Positions 12,562-23,799 of a stretch of DNA of 50,932 nucleotides are shown here, in pieces (the first letter of the stretch is position 1; every line of letters starts with the position of its first letter). Made by a program: the position numbers and the translations under genes. The stretch spans positions 46,739,274 through 46,790,205 of the forward strand of contig NC_057718.1 of the NCBI RefSeq assembly GCF_004010195.1, written 5' to 3'. This DNA comes from Chiloscyllium plagiosum (lineage: Eukaryota). The notes below the pieces were generated by a model, which did not search any database, was not told the origin of the DNA, and saw nothing but the letters and a program-made list of their open reading frames with translations.

Positions 12562-14867
12562 GATGTCAATGGGAACTCCCTCACCATCGATTCACCGATG
12601 CTGCTGAGGACTACCAACCCCCTACCGCCCCAAAACTGGGGAATGGGGCCTCCGGTTTTGGTAGTCCCCTGGCCAGCCTCACCTGAGTTTCAGGAATTTG
12701 TTGAATTGATAAAACACCAGCAGTGACTCAAAATGTGGGACCTAAATACCAGCCCTCATGGAGTTCTCTTCTCCTTCAGAGGAAGTGAGTCAGGAATGAA
12801 TCAGGGAGCTGTTCTGACATGGCTCCCTGCTACTTTCCCAGCACCTCCAACACATTGCTGAAAACACCAGACAACAAAGCCCAAGCTTCTCCAATCCAAG
12901 CTCTCAGCAATTTTATTGCATTGTCCGTGACTTGATTTGAATATTTTATATTGTAAATCATCAAAACAACAAAATCTATTTTGGAACCAACTGTGTCAAG
13001 TTGCTGGTTGAGTTCACATCCATTCTTAAGTGTAATGTACTTTGCACAGTGTTGTATCTGTATCCTCTGATCCCATTCAGAAGTATGCTGTATTCGCTGC
13101 ACCATCAAAAATCACATAAACATCCCCAATTGCAATGGAATGTCTGAATTTAATTAAAAGCATGAACAAATTGATATGACTGGAGAGGATTCAACTGAAT
13201 TAACATTTATTGTTGGTCTGGGTTTTTGTCCTTGAGGCAGGTAGGGTTATTGAGAAACATTCCCAGAAATGTCTGGATTTTTATTTCGGTGGTGATAGGG
13301 TGGTGGATAGTAGATTGATTTGGTTCAGCAAACCCCAGGAAAAGTTTGGAGGCAGTCACAGAGCAAGCTGGCTGTGGTGCCAGGCTGTTTAACAGGCCTG
13401 TCTTTATGCTGTGGAACTTCACCCCACTTCAAATAAAAACAGAAAGGCCATCGAGTCCTTGCACCTTATGTCCTTGCATCTCTAAACAACACATTCCTGA
13501 CAACAACCCCATAAAGCAACCCCAATGGCCCCTTATGCCCCAATGTCAGGGGATGTCCCCACCCAACATTCATGGCTCTTCTCATCCCTCATGGCAAGAT
13601 ATGCCCCTCCCCCATGGCCCCATGTCACCTCTGTGCATATTCACCCATCAGTTAGTATATAAAAGCAATGACTCATTTCATGACAGTAGGATGTGTCTTA
13701 AAAAAAGCTTTAAAAAGACATTCATTGAAAATTGCCACTGTTTAAAAACCATCCTCCTCCTCTATAGGCAACGTTAATCATCTTTGCTTCAATAACTGAA
13801 ATTGCTGGCTCTTGAAAGCTTTTGGCCTTGTGGTATTACATATGGTGCATTTGATAACAGAGTCCAAATAAGTAATATCATCGGGATGGGGTGGGGGCAG
13901 AAGAAAGAGCTGGGAAAATATAGTTTTTGGTAGGCAGTCCAAAATTAGTCCTGATATGCAGATGTGAATGTGTTCCTGCCAGATAATAGTGTTTAATGTG
14001 TTAATTGTTTAAATAGATATGGATTTAATTTCAATGCCTTGGAACTAAAGAAAATTTCAATTGCTCAAGTATATTCTGTGTTTTAATTCTTGTAATTAAA
14101 AGTGCATCATCTTACGAATGTCTTGTTCCAATGTGTCTTGAACTATCTTGTAAGTAACTCGATACAGTTCTGATGAAAGGGCATCAGCCTGAAATACTGA
14201 CACAATTATAAACAGGGAGGTGGGGAGGAAGCAGCTGGGTGGTAGCAACAGATGCAGTTTTGAAGTCAGGAAAGCTGGAAGACATTTCTCTCAGATCCTG
14301 CCAAGCTTAACAGCAGGATCTGATTTCTATGTTCTGTCTGTGTCTCCCAGCCACAGCCAGGCAGAGGGAGAGTTCGGACTTTGTGAGGTGACACCATTGG
14401 GAGACTGCAAGAAATTGGAGGAGGAAGGGGTAGAAAATTGCGAGGGACGTGGAAAGAGGGAGGCAAAGCAAATGGCAGGCATGAGAGGATATTGGGAGGC
14501 TACTGGATTGCAGCGCTTCATGGGGTTTGATTGCTTGGGAGGTTAACGGTTTTTCTTGGCAGAGGAGGGAGAGGCATTCCTGTTCATTCTGGTCCACAAG
14601 CTGTGCTAAACAAACACTTCACTGTTCCAGGCAGCAGAGCTTGCTTCCCCTGAAAGAGGGTGAAAGACATGTGGAACACAGCCTCATTAACATATTTAAA
14701 TGCATGATGCACTTCCTGGGGGCCTGGTTGTCTCCATGAAAACAGGAAGCAGCTAGATTCAGGGGCTGGAGTGATGCATACGGGTTTATGATTCTCTTTA
14801 CATTTTTGACTTGTCACCTGACCCAAATCTGTCCAGGTTTCAGATTCAAAATTCTCACCATTAATTC

Positions 14868-15021
14868 TGTGAATTGGCCATGTTAAATTGTCCATAGTGT
14901 TATGTGCATCATTCAGAGGGAAATGGGTCTGGGTGGGTTACTCTTTGGAGGGTCGGTGTGGACTTGTTGGGCCGAAGGGCCTGTTTCCACACTGTAGGGA
15001 ATCCAATCTAATCTAATCTAA
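14868..15021 (+). mobile_element. 5'-truncated HE1 SINE
   Basis: gtgaattggccatgttaaattgtccatagtg...gggccgaagggcctgtttccacactgtagggaatccaatctaatctaatct matches the 3' half of the full copy at 48532-48845. Confidence 0.85.
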
Positions 15022-16060
15022 TTCTACTCTCTCTTTCTCTCCATTGATAGTGTATGACCTGCTGCAACATTTTCTATTTTCATCTTTGTCATATTAAAGA
15101 ATTGAAACCCAAGCGGTGATTATGATTGACAGCAATCTCTTAGTCTTTACGCCAAACCTCAGGATGAGAGCTAGGAATAGAGTCAACTCCCAAACGGGAG
15201 GCCCAGTAATCCAATGCCTCATTAATACTGCTCTCCACTCTTTAAGGCAACATCAATAAATGAGCATGTGATCTGGCTTATTAGAGAGAACTTAATGGGA
15301 TGTGCCAATCACTGAAAATGGGAATTGGTACTGCACAACTCCAGATAATGCACTGATGGCTGGAGCAGATGTCAACAACAACTTTCATTCTCACAGCATG
15401 AAAAACTTAATTTTCTTAACAGCACAGTGGCAGGGCTGAAGCCAAATCTGCCAGTGTGATTCCATAAGATATCATATAGGGCAGCTAACAACGTAGCGCA
15501 GAGGACGAGCATAGATTTAATTGGCTGAGTGTCTCCTTCTGTGCTGTAAATGACTGTCACTCTAATGCAATCACATGGATAATACCAGATTGGCTTTGAT
15601 TATTAGTGTTTCCTCAACTAAGCTAGTTTAACCGAGGTTTCGGGTATTTTAAATCATCAAAAGTTCACTGGAAAAGCACTCAAAAGAATTTATTGGGTGG
15701 ACTATAATCGATGATCCACAGGTCCATCTGGGTCATCTAGTGGAGCTTCTGTCCATGTTGGGGAAGATAGGCCACGCCCAATGAAGCTTCAGAAAGCCCA
15801 GTAGATTAGCAGAGGTGTCCGGGAACCCCGCACTGCCTGATCCTACCTCCTTCCGAAGACCCACAAGCCTGACCACCCCGGCCGACCCATCGTCTCAGGC
15901 TGCTCCTGCCCCATCGAACTCATCTCCACCTACCTCGATACTGGCCTTTCCCCCTTGGTCCAGGAACACCATATATATGTTCAAGACACCACCCATGCCC
16001 TCCACCTACTCCAAGACTTCCGTTTCCCCGGCCCCAACCCCTCATCTTCACCATGGGCAT

Positions 16061-16531
16061 TGTGGTGAAACGGTTAAAAATTATGTCCCAATACATGTGT
16101 GAATCTAACCGGAATGGAGGTGTTGCTTAGTCCCGTGTGAATCTTATTACACACCTCCCCGTGTGAATCTTCTTATCTGTATGTAACCAGAATGGAATGT
16201 GTTTTTTAGCCTTGCTCTGCTGTTCACATGAATGTTTATATCTGGAAAAGAGTATATCAGCTGGAAAAGTCTCCAGTTCGGTGAGTCTGCTCCGGGGTTA
16301 CGTTTAACCGCCGAGCGTGGGTTGTTGGCAACCGCTCTACGAGAACTGACGGCTCCCAGTTCCGGTAACATGTAGAGTGAGTATAAGCCAGACCCGTTGT
16401 AAGATGAGACCTGGTTGTGGCGACGCTGCGGGGAATAAAAATGCTCATATTCTAGCAGACTCGCCTCTCGGTCGTTTGTTCTGTGTCAGACTACTCTCCT
16501 ACGAACCTGACCTTGAGAATTTGTTAAAACA
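16061..16531 (+). mobile_element. Solo LTR (471 bp) of an LTR retrotransposon or endogenous retrovirus
   Basis: TGT...ACA termini; U3-like direct repeats GTGTGAATCT at 16097, 16135 and 16161; TATA-like gtatatca near 16252; AATAAA at 16434-16439; CpG-rich. It interrupts the PLE RT mid-motif. Confidence 0.75.
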
Positions 16532-16861
16532 GGGCGGAGAGGTCGGGAAGAAGATCTCAGGTTAGGAAGGCGGTGCTGAATTCGATGGATTTGACTGAGA
16601 CAAGGTGGGGGGAGGGGAAATGAGGAAACTGGAGAAATCTGAGTTCATCCCTTGTGGTTGGAGGGTTCCCAGGCAGAAGATGAGGCGCTCTTCCTCCAAC
16701 CGTCGTGTTGCCATGGTCTGGCGATGGAGGAGTCCAAGGACCGGCATGTCCTTGGTGGAGTGGGAGGGGGAGTTAAAGTGTTGGGCTACAGGGTGGTTGG
16801 GTTGGTTGGTCCGGGTGCCCCAGAGATGTTCTCTGAAACGTTTCGCAAGTAGGCGGCCTGT

Positions 16862-17188
16862 NNNNNNNNNNNNNNNNNNNNNNNNNNNNNNNNNNNNNNN
16901 NNNNNNNNNNNNNNNNNNNNNNNNNNNNNNNNNNNNNNNNNNNNNNNNNNNNNNNNNNNNNNNNNNNNNNNNNNNNNNNNNNNNNNNNNNNNNNNNNNNN
17001 NNNNNNNNNNNNNNNNNNNNNNNNNNNNNNNNNNNNNNNNNNNNNNNNNNNNNNNNNNNNNNNNNNNNNNNNNNNNNNNNNNNNNNNNNNNNNNNNNNNN
17101 NNNNNNNNNNNNNNNNNNNNNNNNNNNNNNNNNNNNNNNNNNNNNNNNNNNNNNNNNNNNNNNNNNNNNNNNNNNNNNNNNNNNNNNN
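16862..17188. other. Assembly gap (327 N)
   Basis: Run of N. Confidence 1.
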
Positions 17189-17584
17189 ATCCCCACCCCT
17201 ATTCACCTATTGTACTCTTTGCTACCTCCTCTCCAACCCCCACTCCATTTATCTCTCCACCCTGGAGGCTCCCTGCCTCCATTCCTGATGAAGGGCTTTT
17301 CCCCGAAATGTCGATTTTCCTGCTCCTCAGATGCTGCCTGACCTGCTATGCTTTTCCAGCACCACTCTAATCTAGCAGAGGTGCACGGCTGGTCAATTAC
17401 ACAGTGGGGATAGTCAGGGAGCCAACAAACCTACCAACAGTTGATGGGCTCAAAGGTCTGGCTACCACATATAAATGGCACCTGACAGATATCCATTCAC
17501 AGTAACATCAACTCTATGTGCCTGAATGCCGCTTGCATGCTGTTAACATGATCTCCCAGAGAGAAGTCTCCTAGAAAACAAGGC

Positions 17585-17735
17585 ATGAGCCAGTGGTGCC
17601 TCCCCAGGATCTGTGGGAGTTGCTCTTCTCCAGAAGAGGCCAGAGATCACCGCAGAGGCACAAGCTGACGGTGTGTAGGTGCACCTGGGAGCAGTGTAGG
17701 AAAAGAACGAATGATCTCTGCTCTGCCAGTATGAC
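17585..17735 (+). mobile_element. PIF/Harbinger-type Myb/SANT (trihelix) gene remnant
   Basis: ELLFSRRGQRSP...RCTWEQCRKRTNDL resembles the R(T/S)WxQCRK(K/R)xNDL helix of Harbinger DNA-binding proteins. Confidence 0.6.
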
Positions 17736-18049
17736 AGCAACAGTCACCTTACAGGAATGTGGCTCTCATGAGGTTAGTATACCAGAGTGCTCCAGCTTCA
17801 GACTATCAGAGATGAGCTAATAACATTATGTCAGGCAACAAGACATCACCCTCGACAGCCTGAGTTGTAGATATCACGATCACTCTGACTAACGTTCTGA
17901 GATGACACAAAGGTAAGACTGATTTTCAAATGGATGTTCAACCATTCAATGGAGAGTCCACGTTCTGTGTTAGTATATACACTCGCTCACTTTATTCAAG
18001 TCTGATGAGTGGTCAATCCCTGTAATCTGTCTGGGAAAATGACCCCAAG

Positions 18050-18965
18050 CTTCTGGTCTCCTGTCATTTCAACACACTATCATGTTCCCAAGCCAACAAC
18101 CAGGCCTGCTGCAGTATGCCAGGCACCGTGGAGTTGATGTTGCTGTGAATGAATAGATGTCAGGTGCCACTTAAACCTGGCAGCCAGACATTTGAGCCAT
18201 CAATTGCTTCCAGTGAGCTTCAATACAAGCTCGAAGAACAGCATCTCATTTTCTGCTTAGGGATCCCACAGCCTCCAGCCTCAGTCTGTCCTTCCATGCG
18301 TTTTCTCACCTCCACACCCAGTCCTGTTATGACATGGGTTGCTTCAGTTCAGCTCACCCATTCGCTCCTACTCTTAGCTCATTATCACTTATTCAGTTTT
18401 TTGCTCTCCTGGCCTGCTATCTATTATCTCTTTGTTTATTTACCCTTTTTATGTCTCTCTCTCTCTCTTTCTGCGCTCCATCTCCAGCATCCATGGTTAG
18501 CATTACTGCCTCACGGCGCCAGTGACCCAGGTTTGACTCCACCCTTGGGTGACTGTCTGTGTGGAGTTTGCATGTTCTCCCTGTGTCTGTGTGGGTTTTC
18601 TCTGGGTGCTCTGGTTTCCTCCCACAATTCAAAGATGTGCAGGTTAGGTGGATTAGCCATGGGAAATGCTGCGTTACAGGGATAGAGTAGGGGGATGGGT
18701 CTGGATGGGATGCTCTTTGGAGGGTCAACCCGGACTCAATGTGCCAAATAGCCTACTTCCACACTGTAGGGAATCTATTCTATAAGATTCTATGTGCTCA
18801 CCTCTCCCAACTTCATGTTCGGGCAAAATACTACTTTTTATGAGCTGCGAACACTTCTGACAAAGAATCACCAGACTCAAAACATTAACTCTGCTTTCTT
18901 TCCACAGATGCTGCTGAGTTTCGCCAACAGTTTTTGTGTTTGTTTCAGATCTCCAGCATTTGTTT
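18050..18965 (+). mobile_element. Old Penelope-like 3' fragment interrupted by an HE1 SINE
   Basis: SELQYKLEEQHLIFCLGIPQP (GIY-YIG end), then a pyrimidine-rich UTR and the tail ctgacaaagaatcaccagactcaaaacattaac...ctccagcat. Confidence 0.7.
18490..18793 (+). mobile_element. HE1 SINE
   Basis: tggttagcattactgcctcacggcgccag...gactgtctgtgtggagtttgcatgttctccctgtgtctg...cacactgtagggaatctattctat: tRNA-like head, central conserved domain and LINE-derived tail. Confidence 0.9.
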
Positions 18966-19029
18966 CATATTTCTGTGGTGAGCAGTCACATTGGTGGGAC
19001 CTGGTTAACCCGACAATGACTTTTAGTGG

Positions 19030-19470
19030 CTTACATCTGAAATGAAACATCATTAATGGGTGTTGGAAGTTACTGAAATCTCATTATTGGACTGGCAAGG
19101 AAGTGGTAGTGTGTCTGTCTTCATTAAAGATTGAGATCTCTTCTGCTTCTGATACTTTGTTTGCTCATGGGATGCACACGTCAGTGGTGTGACAGCATAT
19201 GTTGTTCCTCCTGTATTCTCCCTGAGAAGACGGTGTCTTACTGGGTCCTGGAAACAATACAGTCCATCACGAGCATACAAGGCACTGATACAAAGGCTGT
19301 TCCACAACCTTGAGACGGTGAAGTATTTGTGACCTAATTCCAAGTCAATGTGTGACTTTGAGGAATCCCTGCAGATGGTGGTATGTTTCCTGGACCTGCA
19401 GCCCCTGCCTGTCTAGGTGGTAGGAGGCTGTGGGACTATGTTCTGGAGAGAACCTGGCTGTGTTGGGTGT
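19030..19470 (-). mobile_element. Decayed 3' end of the LINE family seen at 9375-11695
   Basis: gctgttccacaaccttgagacggtgaag..atttg and gcagatggtggtatgtttcc..gacctgcagcc resemble the reverse of about 11400-11600. Confidence 0.45.
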
Positions 19471-21474
19471 CAATCTGCTGTGACAATATGTATCAAGCAG
19501 TTACCATCCGGGCTTACAGGAGCTTCATTTATTAATACCACAAAATAACGGATGTCAATTTTAGGGCCAATTGTACAAAACAAAACCCTGTTACTAATAT
19601 TAAAACAATTTCATATGTGGTTTTGTAATTGGCAGGTACATGCCCATTAAACTGTAGGGACTCTATTCTATAAGATTCTATCTGCTCAACTTCATTTTTG
19701 GGCTAAATACCACTTTTTCTGAGCCGCTAACAATTCTGACAAAGATTCACTGGACTCTTTTTTTTTCCCCACAGATGCTGATGAGTTTCCCAGCAGTTTC
19801 TGTTTTCGTTTCAGATCCACAGCATTTGTTTCATATTACTGCGGTGAGCAGTCACATTGGTGGGACCTGGTTAACTCCAAAGAGTTGGTTAAATATGAAA
19901 TAGGTATTAGCCCACATATCCCAATTAGGGTCAAAATCTCTTTTTTCCCATCTTTGATTGGATTAGGACTTACTCACTTACAGCTAGATAGCTTCCTCCT
20001 GCAATGATTCTATCCAGGAAGTCTTGCAGGTTCAGAACGTAGGGGTGGCTAGAAGCTGGTTGGATCAGGGGTTGTGGTCAGGGGTCCAAGGGTTTAAGTG
20101 CTCAGGGAGGTCTGGTTGGAGGGTGCATGGTCACAGGTGAATGGTGGTAGTGGGTAGTGGGGGGTGGGGGGTTGGCAGTGCAGCTTAATAGTGATCCAGG
20201 AGTCACAAAGAGTTTGTATTCCTCTCACATTATCTGGAAAGTTATTAAGCCTAAGTGTATTGGAATCTACTGAATTCTCTGACTTTAACAGACTCTTTCA
20301 GAGGATTTTGGACATGGGAATTGCCCATCAGAAAATTCAATTTTCCAGACAATCCTCATGGAATTTGCCACGTCTGGGATTCCACATGTTCCTGACATGC
20401 AACTCAAATGAACACTGCTCCAAGACCTCACTGGCCACATCCAAATATCTGGGCCTTTCACAATCACGTTGATAATAACTTTATTCACAACATGCAACAT
20501 AACATGCTGGCCTCGTCTGCATATTGAACATGTAGCCAGCCAAGAGCCTGGATCATACTGGGCTGCAGCTGGAATCATTCAAATGAGGCCCCATCACTGA
20601 GGACAGGCAGATTGTGAGTCACAATCCCACTCCCAAAAAGGGATGCAAATATATATCTCAGCACTTGCTTTTTTTCAGTTGCTACCTTGTGAAACGAAGC
20701 TGTTTCTACGCTGTGATTAGTGAAAGCCACTTTTACACGGAATCTTAATCAGTTTGCTCAAAAGCTCTGAAACTGACAACATCTGATAGTTGTTTCACTT
20801 TGAGTTTCACTCCTTGCCGCTCATAGTCTCAATATACAGAGCTGCAGTTTACAGAATGACAGCCACAAGAAGCAGAATGAGGGGCTTGTCAAAAACAATT
20901 TGCAATGAAGGCGAACAGTTCACAATGCATCTCCTCAACCCACAAAAGTGAACAGCTGTGGGGCTATTTACAGTGAATCTCTTTTTATACTTCAGTCAGC
21001 TCGGCGAATTTTTTTAAAACAGGTTTGTATTCCAAAACCACCCTTAAATATCTGCTGCTAAAGGCAACAAATGGACATTTTTCTTTTGCTTGCCTCAAAA
21101 GAGACCAGAATTAAACAGTGAATCCAATGGTAAGCAGCTGTTTATAAAACATGACACTTGCAACACTCCTTCAGCAAAGCTAAGCTAGCAAAAGGCTTTC
21201 CATTGCTGATGCGGCCAATCCATAAATTCATTCAGCAGGTAGATTGTACATTTGCATTTCAGTCACTAGTCGATAACAATATTTAACATTCTGTTAGGAA
21301 TAGAACACTGCGTACATTACATGTTGTCTCATATTCAGATGATTGAATGTAGTTCCACTTTGATCCAAGTGTGTAGCACTTAGCACAAGTTGAGATTGGA
21401 ACAGTTAAGGACAATCTTCTGCTTCTGTCAATGTAGTGAATCCTGTTTATGTGAAAAACCTACTTAAGTGAAAG

Positions 21475-22145
21475 AAACTGAAAACAACAAATGCTGGAGA
21501 TCACAGCGGGTTAGACAGCATCCATGGAGAGAAAGCAAGCTAACGTTTCAAGTCTAGATGACTCTTCATCAGGGCTGAAGAGAAGAATGGAGGGGGCAGC
21601 ATTTATACTGTAGTTTGGGGGTAGGGGTGGGAGTAGTGGGTGTAGGGTGCTGATAGAGAAAATATGTTAATAGTGCAGATTAAGCAATCGGAATGTGAGA
21701 TTGGCAGAACAATGGTGTGTCTCCTGCCAGACATGAAATGATAGTAAGTGGAATGGGGGGAGGACATGATAACAAGCTAAAAGAAAAAGAGACACACCAT
21801 TATTCTGCCATTCTCAAATTCCAATCACTTAATTTCAACTAGGAGAAGGTGAGGACTGCAGATGCTGGAGATTAGAATCGAGAGTGTGGTGCTGGAAAAG
21901 TACAGATCAAGCAGCATCTGAGGAGCAGGAGAGTTGACATTTCGGCCAAAAGCCCTTCATCAGGAATGGATTTGAACTATCAACATCAGCTGTCCCCTCC
22001 ACACTTTACTTCAGCTCTGATGAAGAGTCATCTAGACTCAAAATGTTAGCTTGCTCTCTCTCCATGGATACTGTCTGACCCACTGTGATCATCACCATTT
22101 GTCGTTATCAGTACAGATTCCAGCATCTGCAGTAATTTGTTCCTA
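21475..22145. mobile_element. Foldback Penelope-derived element (head-to-head inverted 3' ends) with a second PLE tail inserted at about 21841-21970
   Basis: Outer arms 21475-21600 and 21988-22112 are reverse complements, as are inner arms 21679-21723 and 21789-21833. The insert is flanked by tttcaacta / tttgaacta. Confidence 0.8.
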
Positions 22146-22390
22146 CAATATCTATGCAAACCTCACTTCTATTTAATGACCTACATGGAGCTGATATTGT
22201 AGTCTATCGCACACAAGCAAATGCAACAGTTTGACAGCTCTTCCGAATGCTGTAGTTTGGCATATGGGACTCTGTTACAAACTCTTTAAAGTCACACGCT
22301 AAATTTACCATGTGTTAAATTCTGGTCAAAACAAATATGCGAGAAGACTGATCGCTCCAGTTAATTGTCTTTTGGATTCATTGATTATGA

Positions 22391-22698
22391 TTAGATTCTC
22401 TACAGTGTGGAAACAGGCTCTTCGGCCCAACAAGTCCACACCGCCCCTCTGAAGAGTAACCCACCCAAACCCATTCCCCTACCCTATATTTACCCCTGAC
22501 TAACGCACCTAACACTATGGGCGATTTAGCATGGCCAATTTACCTGACCTGCACAGGTTTGGCTTGTGAGAGGAAACCGGAGCACCTGGAGGAAACCCAT
22601 GCAAACTCCACACAGACAGTTGCCCAAGGCAGGAATCGAACCTGGGTCCCTGGTGCTGTGAGGCAGCAGTGCTAACCACTGAGCCACTGTGCCACCCC
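22391..22698 (-). mobile_element. HE1 SINE
   Basis: Minus strand ggggtggcacagtggctcagtggttagcactgctgcctcacagcaccagggacccaggttcgattcc...ccacactgtagagaatctaa. Confidence 0.92.
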
Positions 22699-23104
22699 AT
22701 TATCTTTGGATCGGTTCCAGGGACTTCAACAGCCCTAGAATACCTAACCCAATTGACCAATCTTTAGATGTGTCTGGATGTTGACTTTTGACAGTCTACC
22801 CCACCACACCCTATATGCCAGATTCTATTATCAGCAACATAATAACAGAAGTAGATCATTTAGTACTGCAAGGCTGTTCTGCTTTTCACTTACATCATGC
22901 TTGCATGATCATTAATTGAATTCCATCTTCCCAGTTTGATTTCGCAACTCTTCATACCATTGCCTAATTACAGTTCTCAATGTTTTAATTAACCTAACTG
23001 CCGTGGTTACTTGGGTCAAATACCACATCCAGTGTTAAATGCTCGAAATGTTCTCTATATGTTAGTCAAATAGCAGACCATGAAGACTGGATTTGTTATT
23101 GAGA

Positions 23105-23400
23105 CGAAAATAGAAACTGCTGGAGAAATGCAACAGGTACGGCAGCCATTGCGCAGAGAGAAACAGAATGAACATTTTGAGTCCAGCCTTCTTCAGAACT
23201 GAAAACAGCTTGGAAATGGTGGTGTTTATGCTGATGACAGGTGTGTGGGAAGAGTAGTAAGTAGGATACATGGATATGGTGTCAAGAAAGAGAAAAACAG
23301 AGAAGTGAATAAAGGAATTAAAAATAAGCTGAGAGAAATCCTGATTGGATGTTAACAGGAAATGTCAATAACTGAAATGGGTTGGCCATGCTATGAACAA
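23105..23400 (-). mobile_element. Decayed Penelope-like 3' end
   Basis: Minus strand agttctgaagaaggctggactcaaaatgtt...tttctccagcagtttct tail motif. Confidence 0.55.
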
Positions 23401-23404
23401 CCTA

Positions 23405-23560
23405 TCAGAACATAGTGTTGTGCAAGGGAAATCATGCCTCACTAACTTGATTGATTTTTTGAAGAAGTGGCAATGAAGATTGATGAAGACAGAGTAGCAG
23501 GCGTCGATATGAATTTGAACAAAGTGTTCAACAAACGTTCCTCATGGTAGACTGGTTAGC
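23405..23560 (+). mobile_element. CR1 RT fragment
   Basis: GKSCLTNLIDFFEEVAMKIDEDRV motif. Confidence 0.75.
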
Positions 23561-23799
23561 TGACAATCTCTTTAAATAGTACTGGGTGAGGTTTCTCCAG
23601 CTGCTGGATGCATAGTCAGCTGTGCAAGGTTAAGAGAGGGCATTATCTGCAGCAACAAGGTCAAAAATGGCATCTCTGCAGTCACATCCACACCACATGC
23701 GAACATCACAATCAGATAGGGCTAGAAGCAAGCTTTTTCTCGCTTCAAGTTAAAGTCAGATCACAAGACACTTTTGTTTTAAATTAAAAGTCAATAATA

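Larger units (their letters stand above)
15818..17372 (+). mobile_element. Penelope-like retroelement (RT 5' part plus 3' end) with 11-bp TSD, containing an LTR, an inverted GIY-YIG segment and an assembly gap
   Basis: 15818-16060 encodes YLLPKTHKPDHPGRPIVSGCSCPIELISTYLD...DTTHAL...LIFTM (PLE RT). 16532-16861(-) encodes TGRLLAKRFREHL...HPVAQHFN...RRLEEERLIF (GIY-YIG end). The 3' end is at 17189-17372. TAGCAGAGGTG is duplicated at 15807-15817 and 17373-17383. Confidence 0.88.

Noticed and set aside
16097..16170. Short spaced direct repeats (GTGTGAATCT x3) considered as a CRISPR-like array
   Set aside because: Only 10 bp long, irregularly spaced and in a vertebrate context; better explained as LTR U3 enhancer repeats.
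16562..17288. ORFs of 136-227 aa spanning the N run
   Set aside because: Their length is an artefact of translating through the gap; the real parts are PLE sequence.
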